A stretch of 64,000 bases of DNA from Owenia fusiformis (GCA_903813345.2 CAIIXF020000001.1:10416001-10480000), one strand, 5' to 3'; counted from the stretch's first letter, positions 39,096-51,931 are shown. Notes: generated by a model from the sequence alone, not told the origin. Made by a program: numbers and translations.

Positions 39096-39897
39096 GTATA
39101 CTTCCTTAGCTGTAGAGTTCACCCTGGAGAGACCCCAGGTCAGTTTGTCTACAATGGATTCCTCGACTTCATTCTTAGGGAACACGACCCTAGAGCCATT
39201 CAACTACGGAGACAATTCCTCTTCAAGTTAGTCCCCCTGTTAAATCCAGATGGCGTCTACAGAGGCCATTATAGAACAGATTCCAGAGGGGTAAATCTAA
39301 ACCGGATGTACCTCGATCCAGACTTCAGTATATATCCAACTATTTATGCCGCAAAAAGTATAATGGTTTATCATCATGTGCATAATAGAAAAGATAAATC
39401 GCATAATCCAGTATGTGCCAATAGAAATGTAAACAATTCTGCAGCAGCTAGGAAATCACATTCCAAAAGCGAGAACCAAGAAAGACCAAGCCTGCAGGAC
39501 CCAACACTAACCACACAATCAGATACGATAACTATAGCTCCAACCATGGAATATAGAGACAATGGGACCACAGGAGTGTCCTCGAGGGATAAAACATACA
39601 CATATGTATACAATGATATTTTAAAGAACTCGGAAGAACAAAACAAAGAAATAGATAGAACCAAACAGACTGGTTCAGTAATCCAAAGTGCCAAACTCAA
39701 TGAAACCCAAAGCATTATCAAAAACTTCTCCGATATGGCTATTTCCAATCAGATACCAACTGCTGCTACTGATTTAAAAGAACAAACTAATGCTATTGTA
39801 AGTGAAGATACATTTAGTGATGATGATGATGCTACTGAGCATCTTGGAAATGAGGGATCTGAAGATGACGAAGATAATGCTGCACCAGTGTCAACAG
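39096..39897 (+). CDS. AGBL5: CCP5 coding exon 6 (M14 zinc ligands HxxE, NR motif, low-complexity insert)
   Basis: [20 protein letters not shown]. Confidence 0.95.
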
Positions 39898-40528
39898 GTA
39901 ATTTGGTACCACAGAGCTGTCCTCAAAAGTGCTCATACATTTTCAATTCATTTTCAGTCTTTCTTAATTATCTGCTCTAAATATACTTAAAAGGAAAACC
40001 TCACTTTATATCACTTCTTTAAGATTTCAATACTTGTATTGTGAAATTAATTGAATATTTTTTTGTAGCTTATGGTGCTATACCATGTTGCATCTTTTGT
40101 ATTAAATACATTATGTAAAATAATTAACTTAAAATATGACAAAGGCAATACCCTTTTCATTCGTTTGACTTCGCTTCTCAGAGTAGAGCTTCGTCTTCAC
40201 TCTTTCAGTTTTCCTGGGCTGTCACAGGCACCAATCTTTGGGGCGGGGCTGCTAAACTGTAATATAGTCTATACTAGGCAGAGTGTAGTTCACAACTAGA
40301 TTCTGTGTGCAGGGTACAAAGGCACATGTCCTAGTTCTAGATAATATGATTGCCCTCCCCTTTGTTGGACCATTTGTCTTACCTACAGTATATACAGTAG
40401 CTGCATATAAAGTTCATATTTCTCCAATTTTCTAGGGAATGTGATTGCCTCCTGTTGTTTTAAGACCCCTAGATTTACCCCCAATATATCCAATAACTGG
40501 TTATATACATATTTCTCATATCCTCTAG

Positions 40529-40680
40529 GTAATGTGTTTGCTCCTCACCTCTGTGACCCTAAACTTCTTAAGATACCTCCTGATGAGAGTGGGATTGCAT
40601 TCTATGTAGACCTACATGGACATGCATCTAAGAGGGGCTGCTTCATTTATGGCAACCACTTCACTGATGAGGAATCTCAG
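40529..40680 (+). CDS. AGBL5: CCP5 coding exon 7 (third zinc ligand)
   Basis: [18 protein letters not shown]. Confidence 0.95.
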
Positions 40681-40938
40681 GTCAGTACTAAGAAACAAAC
40701 CATGTTTTTTAGAATCAATGTATTTGAAAATATATGTTGTACCTGTAAAGTTTTGAAGTCAAGATTTGAAGAAACTCTAAATGACCACCACTTTTGTGAC
40801 AATTATGGATTGATTTATCAACAATTTGTTTGTTATTGGAAGAATGTACAATTGTGGATACAATAATAATATTTCCACGTTATTTTTCCACTAGGATGCC
40901 AGTAAAGTAAACCCGACATTGTAAAAACATAACTGATG

Positions 40939-41139
40939 TATTACATACCTTTATTCCCATGGCTACGTTGTTTGTTGGATCAATGATGTCACACATCTGT
41001 GTGCTAGTAGAATTTGATGGAAATGAAACATGACATCATGATATTGCCACGGTTATTAAAGAAAACGGGCAATATTGGTGGATATAGCCCATTTACTTTC
41101 TCATTGACTTCCATACAAATGCTCCCTAGGTATGTAATA
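40939..41139. mobile_element. MITE abutting the acceptor of CCP5 exon 8A
   Basis: TATTACATACCT...AGGTATGTAATA; homologous to 35607-35843. Confidence 0.7.
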
Positions 41140-41155
41140 ATGTTTCACATTGCAG

Positions 41156-41325
41156 ATTGAAAACATGTTATATCCAAAGTTGATCTCCACAAATACAGCA
41201 CACTTTGATTTCACTGGCTGTAACTTCACAGAGAAGAACATGTATACAAAAGATCGCAAATCTGGTACATCAAAAGAAGGAAGTGGGAGGGTCGGCATGT
41301 ACAAATCTATAGGCATTTTACATAG
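41156..41325 (+). CDS. AGBL5: CCP5 exon 8A (mutually exclusive candidate)
   Basis: tgcag|[56 protein letters not shown]|gtttgt; 170 nt, phase 0-2. Confidence 0.9.
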
Positions 41326-41374
41326 GTTTGTAGCATTGCATATTGTTTATGTTTTACATTTTGTGTACTTCTAG

Positions 41375-41544
41375 GTTGAAAATATGCTCTACCCCAAGCT
41401 TGTGTCTATCAATACTGCACATTTTGATTTTACCGGGTCTCTGTTCAGTCAAAAAAATATGTACACAAAGGATAAGAGGGATGGGTTATCCAAGGAAGGG
41501 AGTGGGAGAGTTGGGATGTACAAATCAATAGGAATTTTACACAG
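41375..41544 (+). CDS. AGBL5: CCP5 exon 8B (mutually exclusive candidate)
   Basis: ctag|[56 protein letters not shown]|gtacag; 170 nt, phase 0-2. Confidence 0.9.
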
Positions 41545-41979
41545 GTACAGAACCAGTAAATGACATCGATAGTTAATTTTATTTATGGTAACTAACTATG
41601 ATATCTTATTTAGTGTTTGCCCTTTAAGAATTAAGACTATTGTATTACACTTTAACATTTAACTGTTTCTGAGTTTGTTGTTTAAATGCAGGTTTTGATT
41701 TTTTATTGTATAAATACAGGCTTTATTTCCTTGTATGAATCCAAGCTTCAATTCATTGTAAGAAGTATAAGTTCAGACTTTGATTTATCCTAAAATTGCA
41801 CTTGAAGTCATACAGCTAAACTTGTAAAGTGGAACACCTCTAGAAAAGGAACACCTCTGTTAGTGGAAAACTTTTCAGAGTCCCAAGACCAACTGACTTA
41901 TATGAGCCTCCAAAGTAGAACATTTTATAGAGGTACCAAAGGTGTTCCACAAAGACAGGTTTTACTGTACTTCATTGAA

Positions 41980-43558
41980 GTTACACACATTATTGTACAA
42001 TTTCTTGCAGTACTATAGATGTTCTGTTCCAGTTGCACATTATTTTACAATTTCTTACAGTACTATAGATATTCTGTTCCAGTTGCACATTATTTTACAA
42101 TTTCTTACAGTACTATAGATGTTCTGTTCCAGTTGCACATTATTTTACAATTTCTTACAGTACTATAGATATTCTGTTCCAGTTGCACATTATTTTACAA
42201 TTTCTTACAGTACTATAGATGTTCTGTTCCAGTTGCACATTATTGTACAATTTCTTACAGTACTATAGATGATCTGTTCCAGTTGCACGTTATTGTACAA
42301 TTTCTTACAGTACTATAGATATTCTGTTCCAGTTGCACATTATTTTACAATTTCTTACAGTACTAAAGATGTTCTGTTCCAGTTGCACATTATTTTACAA
42401 TTTCTTACAGTACTATAGATATTCTGTTCCGGTTGCACATTATTTTACAATTTCTTACAGTACTATAGATGTTCTGTTCCAGTTGCACATTATTTTACAA
42501 TTTCTTACAGTACTATAGATATTCTGTTCCAGTTGCACATTATTTTACAATTTCTTACAGTACTATAGATGTTCTGTTCCAGTTGCACATTATTGTACAA
42601 TTTCTTACAGTACTATAGATGTTCTGTTCCAGTTGCACGTTATTTTACAATTTCTTACAGTACTATAGATGTTCTGTTCCAGTTGCACATTATTGTACAA
42701 TTTCTTACAGTACTATAGATGATCTGTTCCAGTTGCACGTTATTGTACAATTTCTTACAGTACTATAGATGTTCTGTTCCAGTTGCACGTTATTTTACAA
42801 TTTCTTACAGTACTATAGATGTTCTGTTCCAGTTGCACGTTATTGTACAATTTCTTACAGTACTATAGATGTTCTGTTCCAGTTGCACATTATTTTACAA
42901 TTTCTTACAGTACTATAGATGTTCTGTTCCAGTTGCACGTTATTGTACAATTTCTTACAGTACTATAGATGTTCTGTTCCAGTTGCACATTATTGTACAA
43001 TTTCTTACAGTACTATAGATGTTCTGTTCCAGTTGCACATTATTTTACAATTTCTTACAGTACTATAGATGTTCTGTTCCAGTTGCACGTTATTGTACAA
43101 TTTCTTACAGTACTATAGATGTTCTGTTCCAGTTGCACATTATTGTACAATTTCTTACAGTACTATAGATGTTCTGTATCAGTTGCACATTATTGTACAA
43201 TTTCTTACAGTACTATAGATGTTCTGTTCCAGTTGCACATTATTTTACAATTTCTTACAGTACTATAGATGTTCTGTTCCAGTTGCACATTATTGTACAA
43301 TTTCTTACAGTACTATAGATGTTCTGTTCCAGTTGCACATTATTGTACAATTTCTTACAGTACTATAGATGTTCTGTTCCAGTTGCACATTATTGTACAA
43401 TTTCTTACAGTACTATAAATGTTCTGTTCCAGTTGCACATTATTGTACAATTTCTTACAGTGCTATAGATGTTCTGTTCCAGTTGCACATTATTGCACAA
43501 TTTCTTACAGTACTATAGATGTTCTGTTCCAGTTGCACATAATTGTACAATTTTTACA
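41980..43558. repeat. 50-bp tandem array, about 31 copies
   Basis: (TTTCTTACAGTACTATAGATGTTCTGTTCCAGTTGCACATTATTKTACAA)n, highly homogeneous. Confidence 0.98.
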
Positions 43559-43669
43559 ATGTTTAATTCAAGTTATATATAAGTGTACAATTTTCAATAT
43601 AGCATTCATAAACATTTTATTCCAGTTAGAGAGTAATTTCAGATTTTAACACAGGAATTTCTCTTTTAG

Positions 43670-43805
43670 TTACACACTAGAGTGCAATTACAACACAGGA
43701 CGTATGGTGAATTCTGTGCCACCTGCTTATGGGGATGATGGGAGAGCAACACCTCCTCCAGTGGCTGGATTCCCTCCTAAATATACAATAGAACATTATG
43801 AAGAG
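43670..43805 (+). CDS. AGBL5: CCP5 exon 9 (catalytic Glu)
   Basis: [15 protein letters not shown]...DGRATPPP...PKYT...EE. Confidence 0.95.
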
Positions 43806-44131
43806 GTAAATTTACAATAGAGCATTGTGAAGATGCAAATATACAATAGAACATTATGAAGAGGTAAATTAACAATAGAGCATTTTGAAGATGCAAATAT
43901 ACAATGAAGGGATAAGTTTACAAGAGAGCATTGTGAAGATCCAAATATACAATAGAACAATATGAAGAAATAATTTACAATAGAGCATTGTGAAGATGCA
44001 ACAGATTATTATAAAGAGGCAAATATACTGAAGATTCCCTCCTAAATGTATTATAGAAAATGTATCATAATCTGAATGCTTTTTATTACTAAATAGTCAT
44101 ATACAGTATATAGACATTCATTCACTGCTAG

Positions 44132-44319
44132 GTTGGAAGGGCTTGTGCAGTTGCTGTATTAGACATGACGGAGACTAACCCCTGGTCTCGCCTTACTCTC
44201 TGTGAGCACAGCTGCCTGCATGGGGTGAGGGAGTGGGTGAGGCGATATATACGTAGCCTCCGAGGTCAACCGAGAAGTCTCCCTAGAAACATGGCAAAGG
44301 CAGCAAAAGCAGCTTCAAG
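44132..44319 (+). CDS. AGBL5: CCP5 exon 10
   Basis: VGRACAVAVLDMTETNPWSRL..EH. Confidence 0.92.
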
Positions 44320-44591
44320 GTATTTTCAAGTTACAAAATTTGTTAACAATGTACAACACATATTTGAAACCTATATTGACACTATAAATCAAATGATCAA
44401 ACGATCAGTGATCTCTTGTATTAATTCACAGCTTTGAAATGAATTAAAATGTTGCAAATATACATATTGACAGAGAAAGTGTTTTGTTACAGCATCTGTG
44501 AATGGTGAGTATATTGTGTATTAGTGTATATGTTAACTTGTATGTTCTGGTCTTGTCCTTTAATAATCACACACAGCTCGCTCACAAAATA

Positions 44592-44775
44592 CAGGGTGTC
44601 CAAAATAGGACTGAAGAAAAGTTGATTAACTGGGCCAATCTTGCATATTCTGTCTTGAAATGACATCCGTTCAACAGATTCAACTGTGCATAGATGGGAC
44701 AGGTGCCCACTTGGAACAGGTTTTGTAACCAAGTTAATCAAAATTTTCTTTGGTCCTGTTTTTTTGGATACCCTG
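44592..44775. mobile_element. Small Tc1-like MITE
   Basis: TA-CAGGGTGTCCAAAA...TTTTGGATACCCTG-TA. Confidence 0.75.
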
Positions 44776-45862
44776 TACGTGTACTTGTAATTTGTTCACT
44801 CATAGTAATATTTACTATCTCACCAATATAATGTGTCTCACCAAGATTGTGTGCAACCTGCAGGCCTATGATAATGGCAAAAGGCAGGTCGTTTTATTGC
44901 AGTCTCAAACACTGTTGATCAATAACCTGTTGAGACCCAGTGAATCATTGAAGTAACTGGATTCTTGTAATTTTGTTTCACCAGAAAGTCACTCCTCCCA
45001 GTTTTCAAATAGTGTTATCTACTGTACATTAAGAATTCTTCCATTTTTGTACCTTAAAATATTGTACTATTTCATGCATGCACATTTCTGGGTAAACTGC
45101 TTGACTTGTCAATTTGTACCTATGTTTTATTGAGGGAAACAATCTTGAAAGATGAATGGATCACTTTGATCAAGATCATAGACACCCTGCCATGCAGGCG
45201 GAACAATTTTGAAAGATTTCTCAAGCTTTGCAAGTACCCACACTAGCTGTATTTTTTTTTTAAAAGTGATTCACACCAAACATTGTAGAAACTTCAGAGA
45301 GTTTCTGCTAACAGTACAGGAATTATTTTGACATTCGGACATAATGAAAACTTTAAGGAGTGACAATTGTAATATCTAATAAGTAATGATTTCTTATGTA
45401 TGCAATGTGTTCATGTTATAATATTGTAGTGAATACTCAAGACTTCTGTTCGCATTTAACATTTCTCTTGTAATAACTCTGGTAGTAATGGAACAATTTT
45501 TTCAATTTTTAGATGTAAATGCATATGTATATATAAGTATGGTGCAATACAAAACATTATCTTTTGACAACAAATCTATTATACATGGCCACTTTGAGTG
45601 AGAAATGATGGCTTGCAGTCTTGTCTGACACTTGATAATTTTTATCCTATAGGATTTGCTTCACCTTGGTGTTAGTAGCCATTGCCTAGTAATGCAAAAA
45701 GTTTCAGGTATTCTAAGGGGCCCATCATGAATCAAACTTCTTGGCTTGCCTGACATCAACACAATCAGGGACGTGTTGTACTCTTTTTAATTCTTTATTA
45801 CATGTATCGTGTATATTAAATCATGATTTATGACGTTGAATGAAAAACTTGTCTAATTGTAG

Positions 45863-46041
45863 TGCTGTTGCTGCCGCAGCTGCTTCCCATAATGCAACAC
45901 GTAATTCTAAAGTAACCAATGATGCTTCTCGGTACTCCAAGTATGGTGATTCTAAATCAATTGATTCAACCAATCAGAGAACAGCGAGTCGCAAGTCAAA
46001 TCTTCCACAAAGTAAAAGGGAGTTAGGCCCTGTTAAAGAAT
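45863..46041 (+). CDS. AGBL5: CCP5 C-terminal tail exon 11
   Basis: Open, phase 2-1 compatible, gtaagt donor; AVAAAAASHN...ELGPVKE. Confidence 0.7.
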
Positions 46042-46296
46042 GTAAGTACACGTAAATTTTGTTCACGTGACTGAGGAATACTGTTTGTTCAAAGAATCTT
46101 ATTCCTAATTATGAGGTATTGATGTACAGTATAAGGAGTAGGGACCAATTGAATATTCCTATGTTGTCTTTAACAAGTTAGATTGAAAGTTTTCTTTTTA
46201 AAAATCAATGTATATTGACAGAACATGTTGTATTTTTCCCCTCAACTGCAACTATTACATTTTATGAATTAAATATCTGTGTATTGATTGATTCAG

Positions 46297-46655
46297 CTCG
46301 GCCATGGGAAAGGAACAGACGCAAAATGGGTGGAACAGTGTCATCAAGTAGCACATCCTCCTCAACTAGCAACAAGTCACCGGTAGCTGCAAAATCCCCA
46401 ATCACCTTGACAATGACTACAGCGACATCTATAGATATGAAAACATTTTTTCCTGACCGTCCCTCACCTAAGCCATTTCTAGTTAACAAGCAGTCTGCAC
46501 ATATAGGTGACACAAACAGTAATGATGTTAACAAAGTATCTGAGAGCCATACTCAGTATAGCCCAAGGTCATTGAACTCTCTAGTAAGAGAGTTGTCTAC
46601 AGATGGCAGTACAGTACTGTCGTTGGAAGAAGAAAAAATTCAACAGTTGAGAAAT
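46297..46655 (+). CDS. AGBL5: CCP5 C-terminal tail exon 12
   Basis: Open Ser/Thr-rich exon, phase 1-0. Confidence 0.72.
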
Positions 46656-47046
46656 GTAGGTTTGAACTACGATTTTGATTTACATGTATATTGTATAGTA
46701 TGTTTACATGAGGGTTATAAGTACTATGTTAAGGCAGGCTTTGATTTATGAGTTCATATATGTTCGTTTTTTGTATCTTTAACGGGTTTGGGATAGATAC
46801 CAAAAGAAGTGGTGATATTATATTCTTCTCCAACTTCCCAGTGACAGATGATGGCATTGAGCATCTGTAGCATTTGTTTGGAATAAATTACCATGATAGT
46901 AAACCTCATAATCACATAAATGTTTACTTTGAATATGTTATGCTTGGGCATCCCCAGGGGGGGGGGTGCTATGTGCTATGGAAATATTGTTTAATTTAAT
47001 ATTGTTTTAACCCAATAATTTATGGATGTTATTTTATATTTTTCAG

Positions 47047-47108
47047 CTCCCCATATTGCACAAGCCACCAGCCCATCTCAATGGTGCCTCCATACTAGAT
47101 ACTCCTAA
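47047..47108 (+). CDS. AGBL5: CCP5 C-terminal tail exon 13
   Basis: tttttcag|LPILHKPPAHLNGASILDTP|gtaagt, phase 0-2. Confidence 0.65.
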
Positions 47109-47855
47109 GTAAGTTCTATGATGTAGCTTTTGATTTATCCAGTCATGAAATATAATGCATATCTAGTATACATAAAGAGTATCCTTTATAGATGAGGTTC
47201 ATGGTATTGGGGTAAATATAAAATATCTGCCTGATGCCTGGTGGTACTGCTTTTTTTATTCCCATATTTTTCCCCCATAATTTAATATATCTGCCCACTT
47301 ACCCAGGATGTTCAGTATAAGCCTGGCATCTTTTTCAGTTTTAGATTTCTTAGAAGTCAGGAATTTTTACTTTACTTACTGAGGTACCATTTTGAAAATG
47401 TTGATTTGCTGATCAAATAGTTCTAGAATGTGTATAAAGACTAAAATACTAGGATACTAAGATACTTCCATAAGAAAAAATAATCCTAAGAAATGCATTT
47501 TGGCAGCTGTTTGTGGGTCAATTAAATTACATGTATGCACAATTTCACTTCAGGTATACCCCAAACTCTCCAGTGTTTCGGTAATTATCCCACTGAACAA
47601 AGTTCAAGTAGGGATAAAGAGAAACTATATACAGGGTGGTCAAAAAGTGAACCCTTGCAACAAGCTATATCTCAGTTATTTCCAGCACTAATGGGCTAAT
47701 CTTTTCACATGTTTTAGAAAAAGGCCTAAAGTTTTAGTTGGTACCATAAAGGTCACTCAGTCTTAAATCTTGTAGAAGTTATAGGACATCAACACACATG
47801 CCTGATTAATGGATGATGTGCTGCTACCTGGTTATTACTATCATCAAAATCTTAA

Positions 47856-50675
47856 TTCAATTTCAATTCAATTCAATTATTTATTTCATAATTCTTATAT
47901 AATATACACTATAAAAACAAGCCGCTAGACACCCTAGTGGGTATATGTTGCGGTTTAACAGAAATCATTAAAATGACAACTAGACTACATATAAAAGAAA
48001 ACACTTATATTATGTTACATGTAGGTATATAAAAATGGTATTAACAATTAATCTAAGGATGTACAATGTAAAAATGTTACAAAAATCGGGTACCAGTATA
48101 AAATCAACAGTATAGTATGATATTGGTATTATACATTATCGATAGATGAGTAGTTTTTTATATGAAGATTTGAAAATATTTAGAGTGGAGCATTTTTTAA
48201 TATCATGTGGTAGAGCATTCCAAAGATTAGGACCCAGATAGCGAAGGGAAAGTTTAGAGCATTTAGGGATATGAAAATAATGCAATTGTCTTGTGTAATG
48301 ATGATGAATATTAATGTTGATATCAAACAAGTCTTGAAATAGATTTTTTGGAAGACTGGGGTGCTTATTAAAGATTTTGTACATGAACTGACCAGTACAA
48401 TATCTGTTGACATCAAAAATACTTAATATTCTAAGATCTTTAAATAGGGGAGCGGAGTGAGAAAGTCTATCCTTATTTAAAGCTAGCCTTAAGAATTGTT
48501 TCTGCAGTTTATGTAGACGATCATAAAATGATTTAAATGTGTTACCCCAGATTATGTTGCAATAATTTAATTGAGAGTGTATCAATGAGTAGTAAATTGT
48601 TTTGAAACTGTCTATTTGAAGTAGATGTTTAATGTGATAAAGAGAACCAATGACTCGAGAAATTTTTGTTTCAATAGATTTTATGTGCTCTTTAAATTTC
48701 AAGTTTTTATCAATAATAATTCCAAGAAAGTCAATTTTTTCCCGGAAATTTATGTTCTCATTGCGTATTTTAAGATTCAGATTTGTTTGATTTTTTTGGG
48801 GTCCAAATAGAATAGCATTGGTTTTGCCAATATTAAGTGAAAGTTTGTTTGCTTTAATCCAGTCATCTATTGAATTCAAGTTTGCATTAGTTCTAGTCAT
48901 AAGTTCATTTAAATCATAATCACTATCAAGAAGATTGGTGTCATCAGCAAACATAATAAATTTTAGATTAGGGGCAACAAAAGGCAGATCATTTATGTAA
49001 AGAATAAATAATAGTGGTCCAAGTACCGAGCCCTGCGGAACACCACAATTTAGAGATGATTGTTTAGATTCATAATTGTTAATGGTGACATATTGTTTGC
49101 GGTCTTTTAAATAACTTTCAAACCAGGACTTAGCTATTCCTCTGATGCCATAATATTCAAGTTTTTGTATCAAAATGTCATAATTAATTGTGTCAAAGGC
49201 CTTGGAAAAATCTAATGTTATGCCAATGCTCGTTTTCCCCAAATCAGTTGATTTTCGAATTTGTTCAATGAAATATAAAATGGCCATGTAGGTAGAGTTG
49301 AATTTCTGAAATCCAAATTGATAAGTAAAAATAATTTCAAAACGTTCTAAAAAACCAGTGAGTTTGGCGTGCATGAGCTTTTCTAACAATTTAGAAAATA
49401 CAGATAAAACTGAAATTGGTCTATAGTTCGAAGGATTTGTAGTGACACCTTTTTTAAATACAGGTGTTACTTTGGCCAATTTGAGGGCGTCTGGGAAAAT
49501 ACCAGATTTAAAAGATAAGTTAAATATATACAAGAGTGGATCAATTAAAAACTGTCTTGCAGACTTAATAAGTGATGGTAGAATCCCATCAGGTCCAGGC
49601 GAGGAAGATTTTAGAAGACATATTTCTAATTCAAGCTCAGTTTTTGAGGTCTTTTTGAGATAAATAGATGATTGAACTTTTCAAGCTCTTGCTAGGTATT
49701 CATTAAAGCATTTTTTGGATTTTGGAATCTCCTTGGCTAGATTTTTACCAATATTGGTAAAAAAATTATTAAATCCATTGGAAATGATTTCATGATCTGT
49801 TGTTTCCTTTCCATTTATAGTGAATTTAGATGGCAATGCAGCTTTTTTGTTTTTTCCAAGTAGTTCATTAATGATAGACCAAGACTTTTTAATGTTACCA
49901 CTTACTTCGGCAAACTTATTTTGATAATGTGTACGTTTTGAGTATTTAATTATGTGCTTAAGTTTATGGTTGAAGGACTTGTAAGCTTTTCCTGTTTTGC
50001 AACAGGGATTTTTCAAATATTTGGTATATAGCTTATTTTTAGTTTTGGCAGAAGTTAAGATGCCAGAAGTCAACCAGGGTCTATTAGGATCATGATTAAC
50101 CTTGATAAATTTGGATTTGAGTGGAAATGAAGAATCATATTGTTCCATTAACAAGTTAATGAAGATATTAAATGCTATGTTTACATCTTGACTTTTATAG
50201 CAAGGGGTCCAGTCGACATTCGAGAGTTTCTCAAGAAATAATTGCTTATTAGAGTCATTGAAATTACGATAACTGCTTAATGTTTTTTTAGATTTGGTAG
50301 TATCATAATGTGAAATGGAATAGATTGGAAAGTGATCAGAAATGTCCTCCATGATGATACCGCATCCATCAATATTAGGGACATTAGTAAAAATATTATC
50401 TATAAGAGTTGCAGTCTTGTCAGTAATTCTTGTCGGCCTATATATTAGTGGGACATGGTTGAATGAATAAAACTGGTTCAGAAAATCATGTGTGGGTTCA
50501 TGAGATTCAACCTTAAGTAAATCAATGTTGAAGTCACCCATGATGTAAGATAATTTACCCTCATCTGCTATTTTATTCATATAATCACCCAAGTCACTAT
50601 TAAAATGTGACACATCAACACCAGGTGGCTTATATATGACAGTAATAATGATATTTTTTGAGTTTTGACTGATTT
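47856..50675 (-). mobile_element. 5'-truncated CR1/L2-group LINE (APE C-terminus plus RT) in an AGBL5 intron
   Basis: GDFNID, SDHFP, YRPISVL, DFSKAFD, GVPQGSVLGP, FADD; ORFs 49681-50613 and 48136-49533 share one frame split by a single TGA; AATAAA plus (ATTGA)n tail; possible TSD AATCTTAA (47848, 50676). Confidence 0.92.
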
Positions 50676-51716
50676 AATCTTAAACTGGAGAGTGATTTGA
50701 TTAAATATGTTTTGTTTGGTGGCATTTGCTACTCCCTGGAGTTGCTGTTTTTCTAGTTTTGTATGTTTTATTACCTAGCATGTTGACAGATTACAAACCT
50801 TTAGGAGACCTGTTAATAGATTTTAACCTTCTAGATCTTCCTTAACCATTGTGAATTTGTTATCATAAAACAATAAAATCGGTTTTGTTATTTTACCCAA
50901 AATTAGATTTCACAAATCACATTCATTTTCAATGTGAAATGTGAATTATATAATTTACCTGAGATATCTCAAAGGTATCTTGATGATGTTCATCCCAGAT
51001 ATTACCAACATGCATTTTTATTTTTTTTTATTTTTAGATGTATTAATCCAAATAAACATAATACTTCAGTCAATTCTATTTGCTCACAGAAAGCTATTTG
51101 GACATATACATGTATGGTTTAGAAAATGCTATATTAGCAGTGTAAATAGCTCTCTGTGCATTTGGTCAAAATATGATATAAAAATTAGACTTTTTATTTA
51201 GATGAGCATTTAACAAAGGCAATTGAAATGATTGATCAAAATCAAATGTGAAAAAACTATGACTTTGTTTAGATTTGTATTTAACATTAAGCAATGTCTC
51301 AGAGTTAATTCAAATTATTGTGTTTCTTTAAACCTTAATAAATTACCAAGATGCTTGTATAGTCTAGTTATTTTACTAGTTCCCCCACTATAGGACAGGT
51401 TTTAACATGATGAAAATAATTGTCAGAGCATACAGGAAGTTCCCCTTGGTATTAATGTTACTGACATCCTTCTATTGTCATGCAGCTTCATAATCATCAT
51501 GTGTCCTGATTAATGAAAACTTGTTATCTTGTTGTAGCAGTCATATATTTCAGTGTTAATACATGAGTGTATGATCAGTTATGAATTTTCTAATACTAGA
51601 GAACAGTAGGAATATGTCTCAAGTTTTAGAATGTTATCAGAGTATTAATTGCTATTTATGTACCCATGCATTACCATTGAAATATTCCTACAGTACTATG
51701 TATTTTTCAAAAAAAG

Positions 51717-51931
51717 GTCAGATCCAGTTAAGAGGAAGCTGAGACGTACATCCCATAGTTCAAGACGGAGAAGTTCCTCCCACAGTCCAAAAACTGTTGG
51801 ACAAAATGGCCGCAAACCAGGAAGTGGAACCTCTGAATCTGATAATGGTGAAAGAACTTGGATAAAAAGCCGGCGTAAAAAATATTTTGGCAATAGATCT
51901 AAAAGTCTCCAGGATCCAGAGCCAGAAAGAG
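51717..51931 (+). CDS. AGBL5: CCP5 C-terminal tail exon 14 (basic, Ser/Arg-rich)
   Basis: SDPVKRKLRRTSHSSRRRSSS...EPER|gtattt, phase 2-1. Confidence 0.65.

Noticed and set aside
41156-41544. Exon pair as an assembly or haplotype duplication artefact
   Set aside because: Extensive synonymous divergence and unrelated flanking intron sequence rule out a collapsed or duplicated haplotype.
41980-43558. CRISPR-like regular array
   Set aside because: No unique spacers, no cas genes, eukaryotic intron; it is a plain tandem repeat.
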